Of a stretch of DNA of 64,000 bases, positions 50,117 to 60,737 are shown piece by piece. Position numbers and translations under genes: made by a program. The notes under the pieces were generated by a model that did no database searches, was not told the DNA's origin, and worked only from the letters and a program-made list of their open reading frames with translations. Source of the stretch: a virus. Every line of letters begins with the position of its first letter. The first letter of the stretch is position 1. The stretch lies in IMG/VR virus record IMGVR_UViG_3300036406_000522, positions 3,866 through 67,865 of that record; one strand, 5' to 3'.

Positions 50117-50164
50117 GCGCACTTACGACTCAATGTAATTTTAATGAACAGTTAAGGATAACAA

Positions 50165-51016
50165 ATGAACGTCAGACAAAAGATACTCGACCAGCAACTA
50201 GCTAGCAACTGGGAAATGCAGTCGAACGACGGCTCGAACGTCGTAGCATACAATCGCAAATCAGGTCGAACACTATCGACCACGCTCTCGAAGTTCAATG
50301 AGATGATCAGAGCAGCTGTTGCACCGGAGAGGAAGACAGAGGTTATCGTCAAGACGGCTGTACCTGTTGTGCTTGGTAGTAATGGTGCAGTTGATGCAGC
50401 AGGTATTGTGACACTCAACGTAGCACTACCGGCTGTATACAGCTCGGCATGGCTTTATCTCCCAGTGAATGCAATCGTAGGTGGCCTTGCAGGTTACTAC
50501 TATGTCGTGTTCTCTACAACTACAGTCGGTCAGGTCTTCAACAAGTTCACCAAGGCTGAGGCACAATTCGTGCCCTATACGCCTGCAGGTGAAGAGGCAG
50601 CTGGTCTAGTTGCAGCTGTAGGTTCGGCATCGGGATATGTTGCAACTATTGCAGCTGTCAATATGCTGGCTTACTCTGTTCCTGGTGGCTTGCTCGGAGT
50701 GCATGGGAGTATCAGTGTTGATGCTACATTCTCTGTTGTAAACAACGCTGATTCGAAGACTACTGTGCTGAAACTCGGCGCTACGACGATGAAGACAGCC
50801 GCCAACGCTAGTATGGCACATGCGAAGCACAGTGTCTCTGCGCAGAATAGAGGACTTGTTGTTCGCCAAGTTATCACTGATAACGAAGGTGTGGCTGCTC
50901 CTCTCTACGGCTCGGTGGATACCGGCGTGGACGTAACGGTGTCGATAACAGGCCTCACAGGGAGCGCTACTAACTTCCTGGTCATGGAATCGCTGGAGAT
51001 GTCTGTCAACGTTTAA
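50165..51016 (+). CDS. hypothetical, probably virion, protein
   Basis: AAGGA RBS; N-terminal domain shared with 24299-24697. Confidence 0.7.
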   Translation: MNVRQKILDQQLASNWEMQSNDGSNVVAYNRKSGRTLSTTLSKFNEMIRAAVAPERKTEVIVKTAVPVVLGSNGAVDAAGIVTLNVALPAVYSSAWLYLPVNAIVGGLAGYYYVVFSTTTVGQVFNKFTKAEAQFVPYTPAGEEAAGLVAAVGSASGYVATIAAVNMLAYSVPGGLLGVHGSISVDATFSVVNNADSKTTVLKLGATTMKTAANASMAHAKHSVSAQNRGLVVRQVITDNEGVAAPLYGSVDTGVDVTVSITGLTGSATNFLVMESLEMSVNV

Positions 51017-51088
51017 GCGGACAGGCCTATATACGCAAAATAAGGGTACAAGAATAATGTACCTGCGTCTCTCTGGTCAGTACGTGAT

Positions 51089-51126
51089 ACTGTTAACTTA
51101 TCCTACTTCGCCGCCCCCCTTTATTA
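51089..51126 (+). promoter_or_regulatory. motif B copy 2
   Basis: 34 positions identical to 21327-65; followed by 13-bp hairpin 51131-61. Confidence 0.65.
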
Positions 51127-51190
51127 ACAATAAGGATGCGCTAGTGATTAGTGTATCTTTACTAACTGAGAAAGAAAGAAATGAGGGATC

Positions 51191-53057
51191 ATGGCTAGAT
51201 CACGAATCATTGATATAACGACGGATCTTCAGTCGGACACCGGCTCTGTGCTATGGTCTATTGTCCAGGGTGAGCGACTCGAATTTCCAATCGTGTTGGA
51301 CTTTTTATCTAATGCTGCATTAGGCTTCACATTTGAGGCTGTTATCATCGAGGCTGAAAACACAGGTGTTATCGATCCTGAGGATCCTGATGCGAAGCCT
51401 TCGACAGTACAGCCCTCCGGTGTAGAATCAGCACTTAACGTCAGGGTACCAACATATCGTGATGTCTGGGTAGCAGGTAATGCATACACACGCGAGGAGT
51501 TTGTCCTACATAATACGCTGTATTATAAGCGTAGAACCGGTACTGGCATTATTGATGCCACTCCGCCGAACACCTCAGCAGATTGGATCGAGTTTAACCC
51601 AGCAACTGTGTATCTGCAGTTTGAGTCTTCATTGTCCACTACATGGGCTGTGCAACCTAAGCCTGGTATCCCTACACACGGCTTCTTTGAGCTAAGAGTC
51701 ACTGAGCCTAATACTGTATTCTTCCAACGGACATGGAAACCAATGCGAGGCATGATAGAATTTCTATTCAGTCCTACAGAAGTAGTGGTGTAATATGACC
51801 ACTAAGCTGATAAGGATCGTCGGTGAAGCGTATATTGCCACAATAGACGGTGAAGCGTATATTGCCACAATAGACGGTGAAGCGTATATTGCCACAATAG
51901 ACGCGAATATCACTAAGACAGTTACAGTCGATACCACAGAGTCCGACATATCGATTGAAGGGTATGGCCCGAGAAGCGACATCTATGTTTTACAGAACAA
52001 TAACCAATCGCGCTTCACCGATATTGCAGACATGGTCGATATTCCTGTATTTGGAACGACGCGTGTTGCGGATGAGGATCAGCTTAATGTATTGGACTCT
52101 GCTATCATACTGGCTGTAAAAGTAGCAGATACGGACACATTCACGACCACTGATATTTTCGTTGGTGACGACAGTATAATTCAAATTGATAAACGCTTTA
52201 ATGAGCAAATACTGTTTGATGAGATATTTAATATTGAAATCGGTGCTGTATTCCCTTCAGAGAGTGTCTCAATACTTGATAATAGTACAGTATCAGTTAT
52301 CAAGATTGTGAATGACACCCTCGTAGCTACAGACGGTCCACCGTTATTCAGCGTTGGTATTTCGGAAGATAGTGTCGACACTACAACGTGTACAGACATC
52401 TTTAGCTTCGGCATTACGTCTGTGCTTACTGAAACAGCCAGTATCCTCGATTCGTTGGCGATCTCGAATACAAAGTCGCTGGCGGCTGAGCTTATAACAG
52501 TCTCAGATACTGGTGGTGTAGTGTCACAGTCGTACGGCTCAGAGGATTATTTTTCACAAGCTTACACAGGCTCTTACTCCACATTTTAAGGAACTGAAAT
52601 GCAAACAAACGAAGTAATCAAATTCAAGGGCTCTCTAAATATCACCGTCAAGGACGCAGAGGGCAACATTAAGGATGAGCGTGAAGTTAACAACCTTGTG
52701 GTTGACACAGGTCTTGCCTACATCATCTCGCGCATGAAGGATGCCAGCGCTACTGCTATGTCGCATATGGCTATTGGCACTAGCGCTACCGCTGCTGCAG
52801 ACGCACAGACAGCTCTGTTGGCTGAAGTTGGCCGTGTCGCTCTTGCGAGTTCTACTATCACTACAACCACAGTGGCGAATGATACGCTTACCTATGCTGC
52901 AACCTTTCCCGCTGGAACAGGTACAGGCGCTATCGTCGAGGCCGGTATTCTGAACGCAGCTGGCGCTGGTACGCTACTCGCAAGGACTGTCTTCGCTGTT
53001 ATCAACAAAGGTGCTCTCGATAGCATGACTGTCATCTGGAACGTACGGAGCGCCTAA
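51191..53057 (+). CDS. three virion structural proteins (51191-51793; 51795-52589; 52599-53057)
   Basis: Beta-rich composition; NLVVDTG..MAIGT..EAGILNA..LLARTVF in the third. Confidence 0.7.
51821..51903 (+). repeat. three perfect 27-bp in-frame tandem repeats (GEAYIATID x3)
   Basis: CGGTGAAGCGTATATTGCCACAATAGA x3. Confidence 0.95.
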
Positions 53058-56000
53058 TGGCTACGATCCTTTTACGTGAAACTGGAACTAGCACTGGTAG
53101 CACTGTAAAAGGTGCTCCATTGACTAACGCTGAGCTCGACACGACAATTGACAATATCAATAAGATCATCTCGGGTGATACACAAGGCTTGACCGCTAAT
53201 GGAACGGTCTTGAATGCTGCTAGCAAACTGTATCTTGATGGCAGTTTCGCAGGTAATACCTATCTGACTGAATCTAGCGACAATGTAATTGATTTTGTAG
53301 CAGGTACTGTCAATACACTCAGACTGAATGCAGTGGGAGCTACAGTAACAGGCAACTTGGTTGTAACTGGGGCGCTCTCAGCAGCTAGAGTCAACGGCAA
53401 CACCATCAGCACCGGAACCGGAACGCTCACGCTAGGTGCAGGCAAGGTCCTGACTGCAAGCAATACCCTGACGCTGACTGGCACTGACGGCACGACGATG
53501 ACGTTCCCGACGACGAGCGCTACCATCGCCCGGACTGACGCAGCGAACACCTTCACCGGCACGCAAACGATTGGCGCATTGGTTGCGACGACGGTGAATG
53601 GGAACACGATAACAACCGGAACTGGCGTCCTGACAATAGCGGCATCTAAAACCTTCACGTCGAGCAACACTCTTACTCTCGCCGGCACTGACGGCAGCAC
53701 ACTCAGCATCGGCACGGGCGGTACGCTCGGCACGTCGGCGTACATCACGCTTGGCGCAAACGTTGGGACGTGGCTGGCGACTCCTAGCAGCGCAAACCTT
53801 GCGGCAGTGGTAACAGACGAAACCGGCACGGGTGCTTTGGTCTTTGCCAACACCCCAACGCTCGTAGCCCCTGTTCTCGGCGTAGCCACAGCGACCAGTA
53901 TCAACGGCAATACCATCACCACCGGAACCGGAACGCTCACGCTAGGCGCAGGATCAACGCTGGCTACCTCGGCAACGAACAGTATCACGCTGACATCCAC
54001 CGGCGCAACGAACGTCACCCTGCCGACTACAGGAACGCTCGCCACTCAAGGATACGTCGATGGATTGGTCGTTGGTCTGCTCGATGATCGCGGTAGCTAT
54101 GACGCTTCAGTAAATACGTTTCCAGCTTCAGGAGGTAGTGGTACGGCAGGGGCCATCCTTAAAGGCGACCTTTGGTATATCAGTGTCGCAGGGACACTAG
54201 GGGGGACTGCTGTAGGTATTGGGGATTCTGTCAGAGCGCTAACTGATACACCGAGCCAAACAGCCGGAAATTGGAGTGCGCTGGAAAGCAACATTGGTTA
54301 CGTGCCGGCGAATCGCGATGCGGCCAATGTCTTTACCGGCGTGCAAACGATGACATCCCCGGCAATCACAACGCCAGCATTTACCGGGGCATTCAGCGGG
54401 GCGTATTCATTGGGTGGGACACCAACGATTAATGTCGCCGCTGCTGTTGGAGGTGCTTGGACTGCCGCAGCGACATGGACCCTTCCCGCCTTCACCCTCG
54501 GCGGCACAGTCTCCGGTGGCGGCAATCAGATCAACAACGTTGTCATAGGAACGATTACTCCGCTGGCGGGGGCATTTACTACGGTGAGTGCTACAGGTGT
54601 CATCTCTGCGACCACAGCGTCATCTGGCTTCACTGCTGGAGTAGCTGCAGGGTTCGGATACTATGGTAATTTTGGTGCTACATCATTCATGCAGATGTAT
54701 GGTGCGACAGGTGCATCTCCCTATGCTATCCGGTTTGTTGTGAATGCTTTAGAAAGAGCCTTGATCGACACGACAGGCCTCTCTATACGAGCTGCTGATA
54801 AGTTGTACCTCGATGGAGCAGGCAGTGGCCTAAGTGGTGGTGATACCTACATCACTGAGTCGAGCGCTAATGTGCTGGATCTGTATGCTGGTGGTGTGCG
54901 CGGAATTCGTAGCACAAGCGGTGCGCTCACACTAGGAATAGATGGTTCGTACAGCCATACGCTTAATGGTACGGTTGCCCAGACTACACGCAATAGCATA
55001 ATTGCATTCAACATTACAGGTGCCACAACTGGCTGGTCTGGGTATCGCATTGCTAATACAGGCTGCGCTCTCCTCATGGGTGTCGCTTCATCGACTGGAA
55101 CATTGTTCACAGGATCAACAGCTTACAGTGCTGGTATTGGCACAGAAGGTGCGCTACCTCTCGAGTTCGCCACGAACTCGGTAGTCAGAGCTGTACTATC
55201 TGCGGCTGGTAATCTGGCAATCGGTTCGACAGCCAAGCTGTATCTCGATGGGGTAGCCGCTGCTGGTAATACTTACCTTGTAGAGTCAGCCGCCGACGTC
55301 CTGGACGCTTACGTTGGTGGTGTTAACACGCTCAAACTAACAGCTGTGTTGACCACAATCGCCACCGCTGTATCTGTACCTGACCTGTCCGCAGCAGTCA
55401 TCGACAAAACGGTCTTCCCAGGTGTAATCGTAGATACCTTTATCTATGACACCGCTAAGGACTCTGACGGTGGCGCTTGGAGAAAGCGCTGTTCACATAC
55501 GTCTTGGGAGAATGAGACACTGTCAGGTAACTGGCTAGGAAGTGCTGCTAACGAGGCCGGTGCGAGAGCTATTGCAGGTGCAACGACTAACAGTTACTAC
55601 TATGATACTACAGCTGCGATGTTCTACAAGCTGAATGCAGGTAGTGGCGTTACGCAAGTCTACAGAGGTAGTGCACGACAGTTCCCGGCGCAGGTATTGA
55701 TTACCGTTGAAGCGGCGCGGGTGGTGCTTTGGGACTTGACGCAGGCGGGTACGCCGATGTGGAGGGTGTTCTTTCCATCCACCAGTGCTGGCGCGTATTC
55801 GTGGTGGTACACCGGAGCAAGTCGTTACGCAACGTGCGTTGCTGCCGCGAATGGGATTGTGGTGTTTGGCACGGCTGTTGATTGGGGGCTGCTGAGCATA
55901 GATTTTGTTGTTGATGTTGTAGGGGCATACCAGACGACAGTAGGTTTATCGGGCCGTTGCATCAGCGGGTGTGTCACTACACACACCTTGGCTACGCTTA

Positions 56001-58012
56001 GTAGTGGTCGCGGCGCGATAGTCAGCAACACCATCAACGACGTCGCCATGACCGTCCTGCCCAACGCTCCTGTAGATATCGCCACGGGCCTGCCGGTGCC
56101 GACGATTGCCGTGGCAACGGCTGGGGGTGTGAGTGTCATCAGGGGTGATGGCACGGTCGTCAACTCAAGCAACACAAGCTCCCATCCAGCCGTCGCGTTT
56201 GATAAATATGGGTACGTTTGGCATAACGGCAATAGTGCCGGTGCTTACTTGCAATATGCGAATCTGCAAACCATTGCAGCGTCATTTGTATGGAGCGTGG
56301 TGACGACACCGTACCCTCTGCCGGCACCGGCCACATCAGGGGCGATAAACGGTAGATCTATGCCGCTCTCGCTCGGAAGCGTGATTCCTAACGCTTCAGA
56401 TGCTGGCTTAGCTTTGTTGCTTGCAAACAGGGCAACTCCCTCGTCTAGCCTTGTGGCTTATGTTAGCAAGGCCTACAACTCCGGCTGGATGCCCGGCAAC
56501 ATTCGCGGTGCATGGTTGGCGGACATCGTGGCCGAGACTCTAACTGGTACAGAGTTGGTGACGAACGGGACATTTGCGACGGATACGACGGGGTGGTCTG
56601 CATCGACTGCAACCCTCTCAGCCGTTGCTGGGGCCTTAAATGTCGCCAATATAGGGGGCACCAACGGCTATGCATATCAATCCTTCACAACGGTTGTTGG
56701 AAAAACCTACACGCTGTCATTCAGCTACACCAAAGATACTTCATCTGGCATGACGTATGGCATCAGTACAAGTCAAGGAGGCGCAACTCTCGGCGGTGCA
56801 ACCCTATCTTCAACACAGCTTGTTGCGGCTACCTTCGTGGCAACCTCGACCACGACTTACTTGTACTTTGCTAACAGTCAAGCGGTGGATTTGCGTAACA
56901 GTATCCTCGACAACATCTCCTGCCGCCGCGCCGACGTCGACCGCAGCGTCAAAGCAAAGGGCTTGCAAGTATTCGGTTCGCTGACCAAAACAGCAGTAGC
57001 TAGTGGTTCGCAGTTAGTAGGCTACAGCGGCTTTAGCGCGGCGAACTACCTTGAGCAGCCGTACAACTCCGATCTGGATTTCGGGACGGGTGACTTCTGC
57101 ATCATGGGGTGGCTGAAGTCAGGAGGCGCAGACGACTACGCGTTTGGTTTGAGGAATTTAGTTGTCATCGGATCTAACCAGACCACAGGCACCCTCTACT
57201 ACTATGACGCTACTGCTGGAAATTTGAATGACGGGGTAACAGTAGGAACTAGCTCTGATTGGAAATTCGTAGTTGCCGTCCGTCGATCAGGGGTTGTCAG
57301 TTTTTATATAAATGCAGGCACCCCGGTCACAGGCAACAGTACGCAGAACTTAGGAACCTCTGGTGTCTTAACTATTGGAAATCTGCAAGGTGGGGACTCG
57401 CGTCCCTGGGGTGGCTCGCTCGCCCTCTGGCGCGCATCTGCAACCACCCCCAGCGCCGAGCAAATCCGCCATATCTACGAAACCGAACGTCCACTGTTCG
57501 AGGCGAATGCCTCTTGCGTCCTCGCCGGTAGCAGCAACGCCGTCACCGCGATTGCCTATGATGACGAAACCGATTTACTACATGTCGGCACGTCCTACGG
57601 TAGGTCCACTTTCAAGGGACTTGTGCGTACTGCATCTGAAGCTACAGCTGTAGGTTCCATCACAGCACTATCAGCTTCTGGCGGTATTATTGCACAAAGC
57701 GGTACTAGCGGTGCAGACGTCTATATTCCAGCTATGAGTCTCCGCGAGGAACTTGCAAGGAAAGCTGAGCAGACAGCTAAATTAGGCGCAGTATTAGAGC
57801 CTCGTTGGTTCACCGCGACTTCTAGTCAAGTAGCCTTCCCGATGCCAATGGGATGGAAACCTAAGTTTGTATATCGCAACAGCCAATTAATTCGCCCTGA
57901 TGCGAACGATTACAGTGACACCTTCGACGGCTTTATCTGGACTTCAACGCTGATAGATGCTTGCACGACTGGTGACTTTATATGCATTATGGGAGTAAGA
58001 ACTAATGGCTAA
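53057..58012 (+). CDS. long tail fibre (1651 aa) with probable carbohydrate-binding and LamG-like domains
   Basis: KGAPLTNAELD N-terminus; Thr/Gly/Ala repeats; ELVTNGTF..DTTGW; DFGTGDFCIMGW..WKFVVAVR. Confidence 0.85.
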   Translation: MATILLRETGTSTGSTVKGAPLTNAELDTTIDNINKIISGDTQGLTANGTVLNAASKLYLDGSFAGNTYLTESSDNVIDFVAGTVNTLRLNAVGATVTGNLVVTGALSAARVNGNTISTGTGTLTLGAGKVLTASNTLTLTGTDGTTMTFPTTSATIARTDAANTFTGTQTIGALVATTVNGNTITTGTGVLTIAASKTFTSSNTLTLAGTDGSTLSIGTGGTLGTSAYITLGANVGTWLATPSSANLAAVVTDETGTGALVFANTPTLVAPVLGVATATSINGNTITTGTGTLTLGAGSTLATSATNSITLTSTGATNVTLPTTGTLATQGYVDGLVVGLLDDRGSYDASVNTFPASGGSGTAGAILKGDLWYISVAGTLGGTAVGIGDSVRALTDTPSQTAGNWSALESNIGYVPANRDAANVFTGVQTMTSPAITTPAFTGAFSGAYSLGGTPTINVAAAVGGAWTAAATWTLPAFTLGGTVSGGGNQINNVVIGTITPLAGAFTTVSATGVISATTASSGFTAGVAAGFGYYGNFGATSFMQMYGATGASPYAIRFVVNALERALIDTTGLSIRAADKLYLDGAGSGLSGGDTYITESSANVLDLYAGGVRGIRSTSGALTLGIDGSYSHTLNGTVAQTTRNSIIAFNITGATTGWSGYRIANTGCALLMGVASSTGTLFTGSTAYSAGIGTEGALPLEFATNSVVRAVLSAAGNLAIGSTAKLYLDGVAAAGNTYLVESAADVLDAYVGGVNTLKLTAVLTTIATAVSVPDLSAAVIDKTVFPGVIVDTFIYDTAKDSDGGAWRKRCSHTSWENETLSGNWLGSAANEAGARAIAGATTNSYYYDTTAAMFYKLNAGSGVTQVYRGSARQFPAQVLITVEAARVVLWDLTQAGTPMWRVFFPSTSAGAYSWWYTGASRYATCVAAANGIVVFGTAVDWGLLSIDFVVDVVGAYQTTVGLSGRCISGCVTTHTLATLSSGRGAIVSNTINDVAMTVLPNAPVDIATGLPVPTIAVATAGGVSVIRGDGTVVNSSNTSSHPAVAFDKYGYVWHNGNSAGAYLQYANLQTIAASFVWSVVTTPYPLPAPATSGAINGRSMPLSLGSVIPNASDAGLALLLANRATPSSSLVAYVSKAYNSGWMPGNIRGAWLADIVAETLTGTELVTNGTFATDTTGWSASTATLSAVAGALNVANIGGTNGYAYQSFTTVVGKTYTLSFSYTKDTSSGMTYGISTSQGGATLGGATLSSTQLVAATFVATSTTTYLYFANSQAVDLRNSILDNISCRRADVDRSVKAKGLQVFGSLTKTAVASGSQLVGYSGFSAANYLEQPYNSDLDFGTGDFCIMGWLKSGGADDYAFGLRNLVVIGSNQTTGTLYYYDATAGNLNDGVTVGTSSDWKFVVAVRRSGVVSFYINAGTPVTGNSTQNLGTSGVLTIGNLQGGDSRPWGGSLALWRASATTPSAEQIRHIYETERPLFEANASCVLAGSSNAVTAIAYDDETDLLHVGTSYGRSTFKGLVRTASEATAVGSITALSASGGIIAQSGTSGADVYIPAMSLREELARKAEQTAKLGAVLEPRWFTATSSQVAFPMPMGWKPKFVYRNSQLIRPDANDYSDTFDGFIWTSTLIDACTTGDFICIMGVRTNG

Positions 58013-60737
58013 GACACCTCTTAGAGTTATCCAAAATGCCATAGCCGTAGCTGCCCTATCTAAGATCTACTTAGATGGGGTGGCAGGTGGTGGTAATACG
58101 TATTTAGTAGAGTCTGCTGATAACGTGATGGACTTTTATGCTGGTAATGTGAAGACGTTATCGCTAACAGCGACGGGGGCGGCTGTCACTGGGACGCTGA
58201 GTGCAACTGGTGTTACTACCGTCCAAGCAGGTACAGCCCTCCTCCCCGCTATCATCCCCACAGGCGATCCCAACACTGGAGTATGGTTCCCAGCTGCAGA
58301 TACCGTCGCTGTCAGCACTGGCGGCACGGAGCGGATGCGGATTGATACGAGCGGGAATGTAGGGATTGGTACTGCATCAGCATTAACCATTGACGCCGCG
58401 AATGGCGTAGCAGATTTAGTAGTAGGGTCTGGCTCGGGTTCAGCCGGGGTGACAATTTATACCGGAACAACAGGCGTTGGTGGGCTTGCTTTCGCTGATG
58501 GAACGACTACGACAGATACTTACATGGGGTATCTGTCCTACCAGCACACCTCCAACGCAATGCTGTTTTATACAGCCGCAACCGAAAAGATGCGGATTGA
58601 TACGAGTGGAAATGTAACGCAAAAAGCCGCGAGCATAGCCAGTACGACTTTCGGTTCTGCTAACTTGATGGTGCATGTTACTGATGCCGTTGCTGCTGAT
58701 ATAGGCGGATCAATCAGTCTTGGTGGGGCTTACACCGGCACCACGATGGGGACTTTTGGCAAGATTTCTGGGCGCAAATCGAACGCCACTGACAATAACG
58801 CGAATGGCTATTTGCAGTTCTCAACCGCAACAAATGGTGTTGGCCTTACCGAGAAGATGCGGATTGATTCGAGTGGGAATGTAGGGATAGGTAACAATCC
58901 AACCGCTTCTGTCGGCGAACTGCAAGTCACTGGAACAGTGTTCGCTACCAGTACAGTTCGTGTAGGCGCTACTGGTTCGACAGCATATTCTGGCGGCATT
59001 GAAAACCTGAGCAATACTTCCCGGTCAATCGCAATAGAGGCCGACCCAACTAACGTGGGGGCGAGTAGTCTTCTCCTGTTCAAGGTGGATGGAACAGAGA
59101 AGATGCGGATTGATTCCAGTGGGAATGTGGGGATTGGAACCACGCCCGGTTTTACAAACCTAGCATTGGGTATGGAGATTCAGACAGCCTCTGCCTCTAC
59201 TGGTTTGAGGATTGAGCGGACTACCACAAACCCGAGCAACGCAGAGTTATTTGCTGGCGCTGACGTTGTTTCGCTCAACACAATCGGCGCTTACCCGCTT
59301 ACCTTTGGAACGACCAATACCGAACGGATGCGGATTGATTCAAGTGGGAATGTGGGGATTGGTGTTGCACCGACTTCCGGGTTTAGGGTGGACAACTTTG
59401 GTGGTTACTTCAGGCAAAGAAACAATTCAGTAATCAACGCGGCAGCGAGTGATGGCACTAATTCGCTGATGCTGCAATCAAACGGCTCCACTGGAGAGTG
59501 CGCGGTTATTGCTGCGGGCAACTCCTTCTTGACTTTCTACACATCTGCCTCGGCCACTCCCACGGAGAAAATGCGGATTGATTCAAGTGGGAATGTCTCG
59601 ATAGCTACAGGTGCGCTCACACTGAGCAATGCTGCATCAACCGTGGCACTGGGCACTGCGACAGGCTTCGGGTCATTGGTTAATTCTGGTGGCACCACCG
59701 GGATTACTGTCTATGGTGCAACTCACGCCACTGTGCCTAATGGCATCAGCGTTGTCACAGCTGGTAGCGAAAAGATGCGGATTGATGCGAGTGGGGTTAT
59801 TACCGCATATGGTTCGTACGCTTCTGCTCAGTCTGGAGCTAAGTTCTCCTATAGAGCCGGGGGAAATAATTTCGAGTGGGGGCACCCCAATACCGCTGGA
59901 TATGGGAGCAACTTAGGTTGTTCTGTTGGTACTGGTCAACCCTTTATCGCGTTGAGCTGCGAGGCGGGAACGACCAACAATACCTTCCGCACTAGAGGTA
60001 TTGCCGGTTCTATCATAACGACAGATAACGCTGGGGGCATGTTGTTTGCCAGAGTTCCCACAGCTTCTGCTGATAATCAAGCATACGTAGAGAGTATGCG
60101 GATTGATAGCGTTGGTCAGATAACAGGTGGCAACTCAGCAGGTGCTCAAGCTCTCCACCTAACAAGTACGGCCGCATCGGTAAATGCACGAATCCAACTG
60201 ACAACGAATCAGGCAACATCGTCTGTTGCCTTCGTTCTAAGTAATTCCCACGCAACGCAGAACAAACAATGTTCTATGTACAACGTTGGAGTACTTGGCG
60301 CGTTTCAATTCCAAGTTGGGCAAACAGCGGGGGCAGAACCAACTACTGGCACGAACGCGTTCCGTATTCAAGCTGACTTTGTTGGAGTGCAAAGCCCAAC
60401 GACCGGACTCGGCTACGGCACAGGCGCAGGGGCTACAACAATACAGGCAACATCAAGAGTTACGGCAACCCCTGCCATACCAAAGCCAACAGGCCAGATC
60501 ACGATGTTCACGGCAGCAGGAAGTGCTACGCCTGCCACATTCAGAGTGTCAAACACGCTTATCGCCGCGCCGGACACCGTTCTCCTAACCGTATCTAGCT
60601 CAACGAATACTTACATCATGTTCGTGTCGAAAATAGTTGCATATACTGGTTTCGATGTGACTTTCTATTCTGCTGTCGGAACGGCATCTGATACGCCCGT
60701 TGTGAATTTCACAATTATAAAAGGAGCAACGTCATGA
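58005..60737 (+). CDS. second tail fibre (910 aa) with eight E(K/R)MRID.SG repeats
   Basis: Repeated ERMRIDSSGNVGIG motif. Confidence 0.85.
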   Translation: MAKTPLRVIQNAIAVAALSKIYLDGVAGGGNTYLVESADNVMDFYAGNVKTLSLTATGAAVTGTLSATGVTTVQAGTALLPAIIPTGDPNTGVWFPAADTVAVSTGGTERMRIDTSGNVGIGTASALTIDAANGVADLVVGSGSGSAGVTIYTGTTGVGGLAFADGTTTTDTYMGYLSYQHTSNAMLFYTAATEKMRIDTSGNVTQKAASIASTTFGSANLMVHVTDAVAADIGGSISLGGAYTGTTMGTFGKISGRKSNATDNNANGYLQFSTATNGVGLTEKMRIDSSGNVGIGNNPTASVGELQVTGTVFATSTVRVGATGSTAYSGGIENLSNTSRSIAIEADPTNVGASSLLLFKVDGTEKMRIDSSGNVGIGTTPGFTNLALGMEIQTASASTGLRIERTTTNPSNAELFAGADVVSLNTIGAYPLTFGTTNTERMRIDSSGNVGIGVAPTSGFRVDNFGGYFRQRNNSVINAAASDGTNSLMLQSNGSTGECAVIAAGNSFLTFYTSASATPTEKMRIDSSGNVSIATGALTLSNAASTVALGTATGFGSLVNSGGTTGITVYGATHATVPNGISVVTAGSEKMRIDASGVITAYGSYASAQSGAKFSYRAGGNNFEWGHPNTAGYGSNLGCSVGTGQPFIALSCEAGTTNNTFRTRGIAGSIITTDNAGGMLFARVPTASADNQAYVESMRIDSVGQITGGNSAGAQALHLTSTAASVNARIQLTTNQATSSVAFVLSNSHATQNKQCSMYNVGVLGAFQFQVGQTAGAEPTTGTNAFRIQADFVGVQSPTTGLGYGTGAGATTIQATSRVTATPAIPKPTGQITMFTAAGSATPATFRVSNTLIAAPDTVLLTVSSSTNTYIMFVSKIVAYTGFDVTFYSAVGTASDTPVVNFTIIKGATS

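Noticed and set aside
49845-50133. Minus-strand ORFs resembling the exonuclease tail peptide
   Set aside because: Similarity is explained by the DNA element; substitutions are mostly non-synonymous
50121-50140. T7 promoter look-alike TACGACTCA
   Set aside because: Single copy, no GGG start, and the RNAP here is too divergent to expect T7 specificity
58335-60107. Diversity-generating retroelement or invertible shufflon in the fibre genes
   Set aside because: No reverse transcriptase, no template/variable repeat pair with A-specific differences, no invertase; repeats are direct
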